A DNA stretch of 32,000 nucleotides from the sequence record OZ298074.1, one strand, 5' to 3'. Both the position numbers and the translations under genes were made by a program. The notes under the pieces are model-generated. The model was not told the origin of the DNA. It saw nothing but the letters and a program-made list of their open reading frames with translations, and did no database searches. Every line of letters starts with the position of its first letter. Position 1 is the stretch's first letter. This document shows, piece after piece, positions 1 to 9,567 of this stretch.

Positions 1-72
1 GCTTCGGTGGCTCAAGGGTTAAAGCGTTCGACTGAAGCTCGAAAGACAGTGGTTCAACTCCATTCCGAGGCA
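1..72 (+). tRNA. trnF: tRNA-Phe (anticodon GAA)
   Basis: Cloverleaf by eye: acceptor GCTTCGG/CCGAGGC, anticodon stem TTCGA/TCGAA, loop CTGAAGC, T arm AGTGG-TTCAACT-CCATT. Confidence 0.85.
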
Positions 73-104
73 ATTACTTAAAAAGAATTATTTTTGTTTT
101 TTAA

Positions 105-176
105 GCCTGAATAGTTTAATAGGTAAAACGACTTACTTGTAATAAGTTATTAGCGGTTCAATTCCACTTTTAGGCA
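105..176 (+). tRNA. trnT: tRNA-Thr (anticodon UGU)
   Basis: Acceptor GCCTGAA/TTTAGGC, D stem GTTT/AAAC, anticodon stem ACTTA/TAAGT, loop CTTGTAA. One mismatch in the T stem. Confidence 0.8.
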
Positions 177-197
177 AAATAGACTTAAAGTTTACAA

Positions 198-271
198 TGA
201 GTTGTAGTTTAATTAGGGAAAACATCACTTTTTGGTAGTGTTTAATATCAGTTCGAATCTGGTCAACTCAG
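198..271 (+). tRNA. trnQ: tRNA-Gln (anticodon UUG)
   Basis: Acceptor TGAGTTG/CAACTCA, anticodon loop TTTTGGT, T arm ATCAG-TTCGAAT-CTGGT. Confidence 0.8.
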
Positions 272-336
272 ATAATTTATAAATAAATTATATAAATATA
301 TTATTAAAAAAATTTATAATATTTTTGTTTTTAATA

Positions 337-408
337 GGAAGCAGAACTCGAGTGGTTGAGTGTCTCCCTTTTAAGGAGAAAGTCCTGGTTCAATTCCATG
401 TGCTTTCA
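337..408 (+). tRNA. trnK: tRNA-Lys (anticodon UUU)
   Basis: Acceptor GGAAGCA/TGCTTTC, anticodon stem TCTCC/GGAGA, loop CTTTTAA, T loop TTCAATT. Confidence 0.85.
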
Positions 409-878
409 ATTGTTTATTTTTGTGTTTTGTTTTTAATATTGAATTTACAAAATATGAACTAAGAAATTATATTTAAACATTATTAAAATATATCTATTAA
501 TAATTTTTGTTTTTTTGTTTTTAAAATTAATTAATACAATTATAAGAATTAATAAAATATTTTAATTATACATATTTTAATATATTGTAAATATTTATGT
601 TCTTTATAAGAAACATTATATTTTCTAAGTTTATAATAAATTAAACAATAAAAAACAAAATTTTTTGTTTTTTAGTTTTTAAATAAAGTAATGATAAGAT
701 AAAAAATTTTTTATGTTTTTTTTGTTATTTTTTTCATTTACTAGAGAGTTGTAATTACTCACTTTATTTATCAATTTTAGCAATAATATTCGTCCATTGT
801 TAAATACTTTTTTGGTATTTATATTTCTACAATTAAATTTAACATCTTAACAATACTTAAAATTTTAAATATACAAAA

Positions 879-2309
879 ATGGACAAAACTAATTCGAAAA
901 AAAAAATGTCAAAATCTTTAATTAATTTAAATGCTAATAGCTATGTATTACCTTTAATATACTCAGCTTATAATAAAAAATTAACAGCTGAACACAAAAA
1001 TTCAAAAATTAGTCCCGAATATGTTTTATTAAACTATAATAAATTATTAGAAAATAAACAATTATTACAAATGAAAGAAATAGATAAAGCAATAGTAAGA
1101 CTTAATAAATTAACTAATAAAATTGAAACTTTTTCTAATCGAAATAATTCATTAATATTACTTAATGAGATTCAAAGACTTAGAAAAGAACAATTATTAC
1201 CTGCTAATTATCATATGTTCAATCCTAAACTTGAAATTAAGTCTATAGAACCTGTAAACTTAGACAACAAAAAACTAATAGAATCAAGATTAGAAAATAA
1301 ATATATTGAGAGTGATTTTAATTTAAATAAAAATTATATAAGTAAAAATTTAGAAGTTAAATTTCCTTTAAATTTATTAAATGCGAATTCAAATCAAAAA
1401 AAAATTAAATTTAGAAATTATTTAAATTTAATAACAGCATTTAATAGAGCATATGTTTCAAGTAAACACATAAGTTATAAATTTAATTCTTTAAATAATA
1501 AATTAGTAAAAAATATTTATACTATTTTATGTTCTACATTCTTAAAGATGAAATGTACTATAAGTAAACCTAGAATGTATTTTTCTAATGATTTAATTAT
1601 TTTGAAATTATTTTATTTCCCGAATTATCAAATTAAAAAAGTTTTAAGATTAAGAAAAAATTTAATTTATAAAAAATTAATAAATTTTTATAAGTTTTAT
1701 AAAGTTAGAAATATTATAAAAAATAAATTTAGAAATAAAAATTTATATAATTCTAAAAATAATTTAATAAGTAATAATATTGAATTTAAAAATAATTATA
1801 TGAAAAATAGTTATTTTTCTATAGGTGATCTTAAATATAGATCACCATTTGTAAAATTAAATTCAAATAAATTAGAAGAACTGTGTCACTTATTAAGTAA
1901 ATTATTACATAAACCTGTTCAATTGGAAGTAGTAAGGTTATTTTATCCTTTCTATGATCCTAATGTTTTAACTAACATATTAGCTAAATTAACTAATAAT
2001 ATTAGATTTAGATATATATTTAATAAAATTTTTAAAATAGCTGTTATTAAAAATCCTACTAAAATGATTCAAAGAAAGAGATTCTCTGCTTTACCAGGTT
2101 ATTTAACTGGTATTAATTTAAAATTTGCTGGTAGATTCCCTACACAAAAAATAGTTCCTAGAAAAACAGTAAAATCTAAAGAAATAGGAAGTTTAGCTAG
2201 AAAAAAAGCTATATTAGTTGAAACAGCCAGATTTAGTAATAAAAATAGAAGAGGTTCATTCAGTATTACAGTATCCACAGGAATTTGTTTAGAAAATAGA
2301 ATAATATAA
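879..2309 (+). CDS. rps3: Mitochondrial ribosomal protein S3 (Var1/Rps3-type), 476 aa
   Basis: Long N/K/I-rich ORF with ATG at 879. The C-terminal part (LKFAGRFPTQKIVPRKTVKSKEIGSLARKK...NKNRRGSFSITVSTG) resembles the S3 C-terminal domain of free-standing fungal mt rps3. Followed by a C-rich 3' motif. Confidence 0.7.
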   Translation: MDKTNSKKKMSKSLINLNANSYVLPLIYSAYNKKLTAEHKNSKISPEYVLLNYNKLLENKQLLQMKEIDKAIVRLNKLTNKIETFSNRNNSLILLNEIQRLRKEQLLPANYHMFNPKLEIKSIEPVNLDNKKLIESRLENKYIESDFNLNKNYISKNLEVKFPLNLLNANSNQKKIKFRNYLNLITAFNRAYVSSKHISYKFNSLNNKLVKNIYTILCSTFLKMKCTISKPRMYFSNDLIILKLFYFPNYQIKKVLRLRKNLIYKKLINFYKFYKVRNIIKNKFRNKNLYNSKNNLISNNIEFKNNYMKNSYFSIGDLKYRSPFVKLNSNKLEELCHLLSKLLHKPVQLEVVRLFYPFYDPNVLTNILAKLTNNIRFRYIFNKIFKIAVIKNPTKMIQRKRFSALPGYLTGINLKFAGRFPTQKIVPRKTVKSKEIGSLARKKAILVETARFSNKNRRGSFSITVSTGICLENRII

Positions 2310-2464
2310 TATAAATAATTAATATAATATTAATAAATAGTTATTAAAAACCAAAAAATTAAAAAATATAAAATGTTAGTTAAAGTTATATTAAGTTAAT
2401 TTATACTACATAAGATCAAATAATTATTTATTTTCTAATTTATATAAATTTTTATATTTTAATA

Positions 2465-2471
2465 CTCCTCC
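2465..2471 (+). promoter_or_regulatory. C-rich 3' motif after rps3 (putative RNA 3'-end processing signal)
   Basis: CTCCTCC followed by TTAAT, 156 nt after the rps3 stop. Member of the 17-copy family. Confidence 0.55.
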
Positions 2472-2684
2472 TTAATATACATTAATATTAAAAAAATACT
2501 TACCTATATCATATGTTTTAATTTTATTAAATGAATATTATAACAGGATATTACATATAAATATCTTCTGTATTATGTTTACTAATCGTAATATATATAA
2601 TATATTATTATACTTAAAGTTCTAAATAAGTATTTATTGTATATCTATTATAATTATTATATTAAAAACAAAAAATTTTTAGTT

Positions 2685-2768
2685 AAACTTAAATTAGGTA
2701 ATTTCTAAAATATTATTATATGTTATTAATTAATAATGTAGATAGAGGTTCAATTCCTCTTGAGTTTA
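2685..2768 (+). tRNA. Aberrant tRNA-like element (84 nt; anticodon ambiguous, possibly UAU)
   Basis: Good acceptor AAACTTA/TGAGTTT, D arm TTAG-GTAATTT-CTAA and T arm AGAGG-TTCAATT-CCTCT. The middle 34 nt is almost pure A/T. The best anticodon arm, ATATT-ATTATAT-GTTAT, has a T:T mismatch and leaves a 17-nt extra region. Confidence 0.35.
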
Positions 2769-3169
2769 TTCACATTAATTGTGATTTTTCTGCTTTATTT
2801 TAGGAATATTCAATTATCTAAATATTTATTTCTAAATTTTAATAAAGTAACGATAATATTTATTAAATTAATAATTTAATATAAAAAGTTTAATAGATTA
2901 TTATGTTTTAAATTTTAAAATTCTACCTAAAAATATTATATAAATAATATAATATTTTAAAATATTATAAATGTTATTAATTTTACTTTATATTATAAGA
3001 ATAGGATTAAAAAATATCTTATAAGGTCGTAATTTATGGAAAAAACCTACTTGAATTTTTTAATAGTTATAACTAAAAATTCAGGTTATTGTAGCCTTTA
3101 ATCGATATTTATATAATCGAACGTTAATGATTTTAATAGCGTAGGCTAAATTAAAAAACAAAAATTTTT

Positions 3170-3781
3170 ATGGAAAATATTTTATTAAATGTTTTAGCTT
3201 TAGGAACAATTTTATCTAGTTTATTAGTTATATCATCCTCAAATCCAGTTATAGCTGTGATCTTTTTAATTTCAGTATTTTTTAATGCAGCAGGATATTT
3301 AATTTTACTAGGTGTAGGTTTTATAGGTATATCTTATATTTTATTATATGTAGGAGCAATTACTGTATTATTTTTATTTGTGATAATGATGATAAATGTA
3401 AAATTAAGTGATATAATAGAAACGGGTTCAGAATATACAAAAAATTATCCATTAGCATTAGCTATAGGTATTTTATTTATATATGAAATTAATAATATAT
3501 TACCTTTCTCAATAAGTGATGTAGCTTCTATTTCTACTTTAGTAAATTTAATTAGTTATACTAATAATTTAATTTTAACTCAAGATCCATTTTCATTCGT
3601 AAAAATTTTAAATACTTTTAATCCTTCAATTGCTGATTCGTCGATTACTAGTTTCTTACAGATAGAAGCTATAGGACATGGTTTATATACTTATGGTGCA
3701 GCTTTATTAATAATTTGTAGCATTATTTTATTACTTGCTATGATTGCTCCAATCTTTCTATCTAGAAAATCTAAATTTTAG
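3170..3781 (+). CDS. nad6: NADH dehydrogenase subunit 6
   Basis: 203-aa hydrophobic ORF with typical Nad6 N-terminus (LALGTILSSLLVISSSNPV...LLYVGAITVLFLFVIMM). ATG at 3170. Confidence 0.9.
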   Translation: MENILLNVLALGTILSSLLVISSSNPVIAVIFLISVFFNAAGYLILLGVGFIGISYILLYVGAITVLFLFVIMMINVKLSDIIETGSEYTKNYPLALAIGILFIYEINNILPFSISDVASISTLVNLISYTNNLILTQDPFSFVKILNTFNPSIADSSITSFLQIEAIGHGLYTYGAALLIICSIILLLAMIAPIFLSRKSKF

Positions 3782-3816
3782 ACTTACAGTTTTATTACTT
3801 TGTTTTTTAATTTAAT

Positions 3817-3824
3817 CTCCCTCC
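3817..3824 (+). promoter_or_regulatory. C-rich 3' motif after nad6
   Basis: CTCCCTCC followed by AATTAAT, 36 nt after the nad6 stop. Confidence 0.6.
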
Positions 3825-4046
3825 AATTAATAATTTGTAATATATTTAAAATATTAAAAATAATAATATATATACATATTTATGTATTTTATTTTTGTTT
3901 TTAAGTACTATATATTGTTTATTATTTATAAATTATAAGTTTTTAATTATATATTGAAGTATAATTAAAAGAAATGTATTAAATTTTATATAATAAATAA
4001 AATTAAAACATATTAAAAAATAACGTATGGTAATCTAGAATATTTA

Positions 4047-5675
4047 ATGATTTTTATTAGTTTATTAATATTAATAGTGGCTATTGCCACACCTTCTATC
4101 CGAAATAATTTGTCTCCTAATTTATTTATACGGTTATCTACTATTATATTTATTTATGCTGGAGGTATCACTTTTAATACCTTTTATATTCACTCAATTG
4201 AATCAGGTGTAGGAATATATAGTGGTTTATTCCAAGTAACTGCAATTTCACAATTAATAGATATGTTAATTTATTTTATAGGTAGTTTAATATTAACAGC
4301 TTGGCCTATGTTTAATAAACCAACAATAGAAATTAATTATAAATCAGCTTACAAAACAAATGAAAGTAAATTACAAATATTTAATCCATGTACTGAATAT
4401 TCATTAATAGTAATGTTTAGTACATTAGGAGCGTCATTGTTAATATCTTCAGCTGATTTAATTTCTATGTATTTAAGTATAGAGTTACAATCATTTGGAG
4501 TATATATTTTATCAACATTATATAGAGATTCAGAATCAGCAACATCAGCTGGTTTAAAGTATTTCTTATTAGGTGGTTTATCTTCTTGTTTAATATTATT
4601 AGGTGTAGCTTTAATTTATTCATATTCAGGACTTACAAATTTGGAATCAATATATACTTTAATATCTGTATTATATAATGATATTCCTAATTATAGTAGT
4701 GTTTCAACAGGAATAACTTATGGAATATTATTAGTAATAATTGGATTACTATTTAAAATAGCTGCAGCACCTTTACACAATTGGGCACCGGATGTATATG
4801 ATAATAGTCCGACAATAGTGACTATTTGGTTAACAATTATGCCTAAAATATCTATATTATTTTTAATTATAGAATTAGTTAACAGTTTAAATTTAAATTC
4901 AACATTATTAATACTTAATCCAATTACTGAAAATGTAGAATACTTGCATACTTTTTCTGAAGAAAAAATAGTAGAAATTAATTATTTATTTTTAATGTGT
5001 GCTTTATTATCTTTAATAATAGGTACAATAGTAGGTTTAGCTCAAGTAAAAATAAAAAGATTATTAGCTTATAGTACAATATCTCATATTGGTTTTATTT
5101 TATTAGCTTTAGCTGTAAATACAATACAATCTTTAGAAGCACTAATATTTTATATAATTCAATATACTTTAACTAATTTAAATACATTTTTAATATTATT
5201 AGCTTTAGGTTATACTATTAATAAAAGAAATTTAATAAAAAATAATAATTTAATTAATAGTGATATAACTTTAATTTCTCAATTAAAAGGACAATTTTTT
5301 AATAATCCTTTATTAAGTATTAGTTTAAGTATATGTTTATTCTCTATGGCTGGAGTACCGCCTTTATTAGGATTCTTCTCTAAATATTTTGTTTTATATT
5401 CAGCAATTTTTAGTGGTTATTATTTTATGGCTATTATAGCTATATTAACTAGTGTAATAAGTGCTTCTTATTATTTAAAAATTATAAAAATTTTATATAC
5501 TGAAGATAATAAAAATTCTAATGTCAAAATTGTTAATGAATATTCTCTAATAAGTAATTTACATAGTTTTTTAATAGCTAGTTTAACATTATTAATATTA
5601 TTATTTTTATTAAAACCTACATTAATCTTAAATAGTGTTCAGTTACTATCTTTTTCAATATTTAGTGAGTATTAA
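4047..5675 (+). CDS. nad2: NADH dehydrogenase subunit 2
   Basis: 542-aa polytopic ORF with Nad2 signatures (APLHNWAPDVYDNSPT, LLAYSTISHIGFILLAL). The stop TAA shares its last A with the nad3 ATG. Confidence 0.92.
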   Translation: MIFISLLILIVAIATPSIRNNLSPNLFIRLSTIIFIYAGGITFNTFYIHSIESGVGIYSGLFQVTAISQLIDMLIYFIGSLILTAWPMFNKPTIEINYKSAYKTNESKLQIFNPCTEYSLIVMFSTLGASLLISSADLISMYLSIELQSFGVYILSTLYRDSESATSAGLKYFLLGGLSSCLILLGVALIYSYSGLTNLESIYTLISVLYNDIPNYSSVSTGITYGILLVIIGLLFKIAAAPLHNWAPDVYDNSPTIVTIWLTIMPKISILFLIIELVNSLNLNSTLLILNPITENVEYLHTFSEEKIVEINYLFLMCALLSLIIGTIVGLAQVKIKRLLAYSTISHIGFILLALAVNTIQSLEALIFYIIQYTLTNLNTFLILLALGYTINKRNLIKNNNLINSDITLISQLKGQFFNNPLLSISLSICLFSMAGVPPLLGFFSKYFVLYSAIFSGYYFMAIIAILTSVISASYYLKIIKILYTEDNKNSNVKIVNEYSLISNLHSFLIASLTLLILLFLLKPTLILNSVQLLSFSIFSEY

Positions 5676-6034
5676 TGAATAATTTATTAATGTTATTTAT
5701 TTTAGTGCCTATATTGGCTTTTGCTTTATTAGCTTTAAATGTTTTATTGGCTCCTAAAAACTCTTATGAAGCTAAAATATCTCCTTATGAATGTGGATTT
5801 TTAGCTATTGAAGGTCAAACAAGATCTACTTTTCAAATACATTTTTACATTGTTGCTATGTTATTTTTAGTTTTTGATTTAGAAATTTTATTATTATTTC
5901 CTTTAGCTGTTACTCTTTATCAAGTAAGTACTTATGGTTTTGTTATAGCTTTAATTTTCTTTTTTGTTTTAACTATTGGTTTTATTTTAGAAATTGGATC
6001 AGGAGCTATATCCTTAACTAATAGCCAAAAATAA
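5675..6034 (+). CDS. nad3: NADH dehydrogenase subunit 3
   Basis: 119 aa with ISPYECGF and FDLEILLLFP motifs. Overlaps the nad2 stop by 1 nt (TAATG). Confidence 0.95.
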   Translation: MNNLLMLFILVPILAFALLALNVLLAPKNSYEAKISPYECGFLAIEGQTRSTFQIHFYIVAMLFLVFDLEILLLFPLAVTLYQVSTYGFVIALIFFFVLTIGFILEIGSGAISLTNSQK

Positions 6035-6143
6035 GTTGTATAATTATAAAAATTTTTAGAATTTTATAATTTTAAGAATTAAAAATAATTAAATTTATTT
6101 TTATTTGAACTCAAAATAAATCTATTAAAAATTTTAAACCTTT

Positions 6144-6149
6144 CCTCCC
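6144..6149 (+). promoter_or_regulatory. C-rich 3' motif after nad2-nad3
   Basis: CCTCCC in an AT-rich context, 110 nt after the nad3 stop. No such motif lies between nad2 and nad3. Confidence 0.5.
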
Positions 6150-6409
6150 TTTTTTAAAAAATTTATATAAGTGCAAAACAAAAAGTAACTTATATGTACA
6201 AATAAATTAAATTTAAAAAATGTAATTTAGTTTGTATTTTATATAATTTATTATATATTTAATTATAATATATATTTTTTATACAATTTATTTATTTATT
6301 TTTTACATAAATTTTTAATTTAAATATATGTATACTAATTTAAAAGAAGTTTAAATTAAAATTAAAAAATATAAAATAATATATTAAAATTTATAATTTT
6401 TATTAAATA

Positions 6410-6493
6410 GGGCAGGTGATCCGATTGGTAATGGTGGTTCTCTGTAAAAGAATTGGTCTTTGACCGCAAAAGGTTCGATTCCTTTACTGCTCA
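6410..6493 (+). tRNA. trnY: tRNA-Tyr (anticodon GUA), long variable arm
   Basis: Acceptor GGGCAGG/ACTGCTC (7:66 mismatch), anticodon stem GTTCT/AGAAT, loop CTGTAAA, T arm AAAGG-TTCGATT-CCTTT. 84 nt. Confidence 0.85.
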
Positions 6494-6526
6494 GTAATTT
6501 ACATAAATAATAAGAAAAAATATTTA

Positions 6527-6600
6527 AAGATTGTAGCATAATTGGGTAATGCAGTTCGCTCATAATGGATATTATAAGGGTTCAAATCCCTTCGGTCTTA
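6527..6600 (+). tRNA. trnM: tRNA with CAU anticodon (Met, initiator, or lysidine-Ile; not distinguishable by eye)
   Basis: Acceptor AAGATTG/CGGTCTT, D arm GCAT/ATGC, anticodon loop CTCATAA, T arm AAGGG-TTCAAAT-CCCTT. Confidence 0.8.
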
Positions 6601-6637
6601 TATAATTTAAAATTTTATAAATTATAAACACACAATA

Positions 6638-6723
6638 GGGTACTTGGTCGAGTCTGGTTTATGGCGCTCGTCTTGAAAACGAGTACTTCAAAAGAGTCGT
6701 CGGTTCAAATCCGACAGTGCCCG
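6638..6723 (+). tRNA. trnS: tRNA-Ser (anticodon UGA), long variable arm
   Basis: Acceptor GGGTACT/AGTGCCC, anticodon stem CTCGT/ACGAG, loop CTTGAAA, T loop TTCAAAT. 86 nt. Confidence 0.85.
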
Positions 6724-6892
6724 AACAATTTTTTTACTTAAAATATATATATAATAAGTTAATTTTTGTTTAATATATTTAAATTATTCTAGAATAAAAA
6801 TTTTTATAAATATATATATTGTAAAGTGTAAATATAAAAGAGGTATAAAATATTGTGAAAACAAATAAAATAAGACAATTAATTGTTCAAAT

Positions 6893-8918
6893 TTAAGTAA
6901 GAATTTAATTTTGGTTCCGACTGAACGTTATTCAGTAGTTTTAAGACATGCAAATCTATTATTTCAGAAAAGTAAATAAAATTTTAATTAGCTGATATGA
7001 ATTAAGGTGTAAAGGTGAGTATGGTAAATAAGATACCCTATAGTCTTTGCAAATCAAGGATATTAAATCGTTAGAACAAAATAAAATTTTCTTAAAGTTT
7101 TATTAAAATTCTTGTATTGTATACTATATTTAAATTAATTAATTAACTTATTTAAATAAGATGTACAGTTGTTTTTAATATTACATAAATAATTTTGTTT
7201 TTTTGTTTTGTTTTTTAATAAAGACTAATAAAAGCAAAAACATAATTAGTGATGTTAGAGATAAAGATTTAAGTTAATAGTAGCTATTTTACAAGAAAGG
7301 AAAATTTCCGCTATAGGATTCTATTTATTTTGATTATGATAGTTGGTAGGGTAAAGGCCTACCAAGTCTACGATCAAAAGCCAAGCTTGATAGAGCAAAT
7401 GGCCACATTGGGCGTGAAATCCCCCAAGTAGTAGTTGTACTACCAGCAGTCAAGAATATTAGTCAATGCTCGGAAGAGTGAACTAGCTAACTGAATTCAC
7501 AAATGTGTCATTTGTGATAAGGTAAGAGAAAATCACGATATTATCTTACTAACTAAGTGTTGTCTAAAACTGGTGCCAGAAGACTCGGTAAAGCCAGAGA
7601 CGCAAACGTTAGTCGTCATTATCAGGCGTAAAGGGTTTGTAGGCTGCTTTAAACTTCATAAATATAAGCTATATTAATTTATGATAAATTAAAGCTAGAA
7701 TCTAAAGAAGGGTAACCTAAATAATATTATATTTAGTGATTAAATATAAACAAATATGATAGAGTACTAAAGGTGAAAACTATTTATCTATTAAAGATTG
7801 ACGCTGAGAAACGAAGGAGAGGAACGAAAACAGGATTAGATACCCAATTATCCCTCTCAGTCAACGATGAATGGTAGTTATAAGTTTCTCTAATTTATTT
7901 ATTATATAAAATTATTAAATAAGTTATTGAATTTAAACTTATAGCAATGTTAACACGATAACCATTCCGCCTTGTGAGTAAGACTGCAAAGTTGAAAACA
8001 AAAAAATTAGTCGGTCTTGAAGCAAACGAAGTGAAGCATGTTATTTAATACGATAATCCGCGTAAAATCTTACCAGTTCTTGCATACTCTCCTTAATGCT
8101 TAAAGTTAAGAATTAGAGGAGAAAATATTTTTATATAAATATTTTGTACAGGTGTTGCATGGCTGTCGTCAGTCCGTGTCGTGAGAAGTTAGGTTAAATC
8201 CGTTAACGGACAGAATCCCTGGTGTTAATTTTAACTTAACACACAGTAGTATCCACAAAATACTAGTTGGGGCTAAGACAAGTCGTTATGGTCCTCATGA
8301 ACTGGGCTATAGACGTGCCACAAAAACTTTTACAAAGTGATGCGATACTTTTTTTATTCTACAAATAAAAAATAAAGAGGAGCTAATCATTAAAGAAAGT
8401 TAAACTATTAGTTATGATGGATTGTCATCTGTAACTCGGTGACATGAAAAAGGAATTTCGAGTAATCGTTGATCATTACGCAACGGTGAAGCCCGCATTT
8501 AAGATGAACTAACCGTCTGTCACTGGGAAGGAGTTTAAATTGAAGGAAATTTAGATGAATATTAACTTTTACATTATTTCTTCTTATCTTAAAGAAGATG
8601 TTAACAATTATAATTTATTTAATTGTTGGTACAATATTTTGTATTTATTATATAAAATTATTGTATAGTTTAGGGTTAGATTACTAAAATTTAGGAATGT
8701 TATTTATTGCTTTTAGTAACATTTGTGCTATAATATTAATTTATATTAGTTACATAATATAAAATTATAGTAATAATTTAATTGAAGTAAATATAATATA
8801 TAATTATTATCCTTATTAAACGATTTTGTTAAGTTAATTTAATCTCTGTGAATTCATTTAAGCAACATCTCAAAAGTCATAGCAAGGTAGCCGTACTGGA
8901 AAGTGCTGCTGTATAATA
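6893..8918 (+). rRNA. rns: Small-subunit ribosomal RNA (boundaries +/- about 30 nt; the 3' end could extend to the C-rich motif at 8949)
   Basis: 5' TTGGTTCCGACTGAACG...AGACATGCAAATC; 530 loop GTGCCAGAAGACTCGGTAA (7573-7591); CAGGATTAGATACCC (about 7831); GCATGGCTGTCGTCAGT (about 8158); decoding-site CCGTCTGTCAC (8513-8523); 3' AAGTCATAGCAAGGTAGCCGTA (8875-8896). Several AT-rich expansion segments. Confidence 0.88.
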
Positions 8919-8935
8919 AAACGCTAAGTTTATAA

Positions 8936-8949
8936 CCCCCCCCCCCTCC
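8936..8949 (+). promoter_or_regulatory. C-rich 3' motif after rns (C11 run + TCC)
   Basis: CCCCCCCCCCCTCC followed by ATTATTTAAAA, about 20 nt after the last recognisable rns helix. Confidence 0.6.
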
Positions 8950-9074
8950 ATTATTTAAAATTTTAATAAAATATATTTAAATTTTGCAAAAATATTAATT
9001 TTTATGTTATAAAATAAATTTAAAAAAATCCTATTTATTTAATTAAAATAATTTATATAATAATAATCTAAAAA

Positions 9075-9145
9075 GGGGAGTTAGCTGAGTGGTTTAGCAG
9101 TAAATTTACACTTTACAGACAGAGTTTCGATTACTCTACTCCCTA
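9075..9145 (+). tRNA. trnV: tRNA-Val (anticodon UAC)
   Basis: Acceptor GGGGAGT/ACTCCCT, anticodon stem GTAAA/TTTAC, loop TTTACAC, T arm AGAGT-TTCGATT-ACTCT. Confidence 0.85.
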
Positions 9146-9309
9146 TACGTTTTATATTAGTGTGTAATACCACAAAAAGGATATATTTTCTTTTTACCCT
9201 TTTGATTTTTATAGCATATAATGCAAATTTAAAAGAGTGTTAAATTATACACATAATTTTGTAAACGTTTAAAGTTGTTAAGGTTAAATTTAAAAATCTA
9301 AGAATATAT

Positions 9310-9567
9310 ATGAAAAGATTTAAATTTTTTAATTATAATTTACCTATAACCTTTTGTTATAAATATTTTGGTGAATTAATAAAACAAGAAAATAACAAAT
9401 ATGTTGTTAAACTAAAAGGATCTTATATTAGTACAATATTAGAGTTTATATATACCTCCCACAATAAAGAATATTTAATTTCTATTGCTTTAGTTTTTAT
9501 TAAGGTTTACTCCTTAACTGCTGCTTTAGCTATTTGTGTTGTGTTATTTTCTTTTTATGGGAGTTAA
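9310..9567 (+). CDS. Hypothetical ORF, 85 aa, C-terminal hydrophobic segment
   Basis: ATG-initiated ORF in the accessory region with no recognisable motif. It contains an internal CCTCCC (9466-9471) like the 3' motif family, which argues against a genuine mRNA. Confidence 0.2.
   Translation: MKRFKFFNYNLPITFCYKYFGELIKQENNKYVVKLKGSYISTILEFIYTSHNKEYLISIALVFIKVYSLTAALAICVVLFSFYGS

Noticed and set aside
2990-3160. Slightly GC-richer patch upstream of nad6 (AAGGTCGTAATTTATGG...GTAGCCTTTAATCGATATTTATATAATCGAACG...) as a possible small ncRNA
   Set aside because: I found only short imperfect hairpins and no match to any RNA family I can recall. It is more simply explained as the nad6 5' leader; its conserved TTTTAATAGCG part is reported separately.
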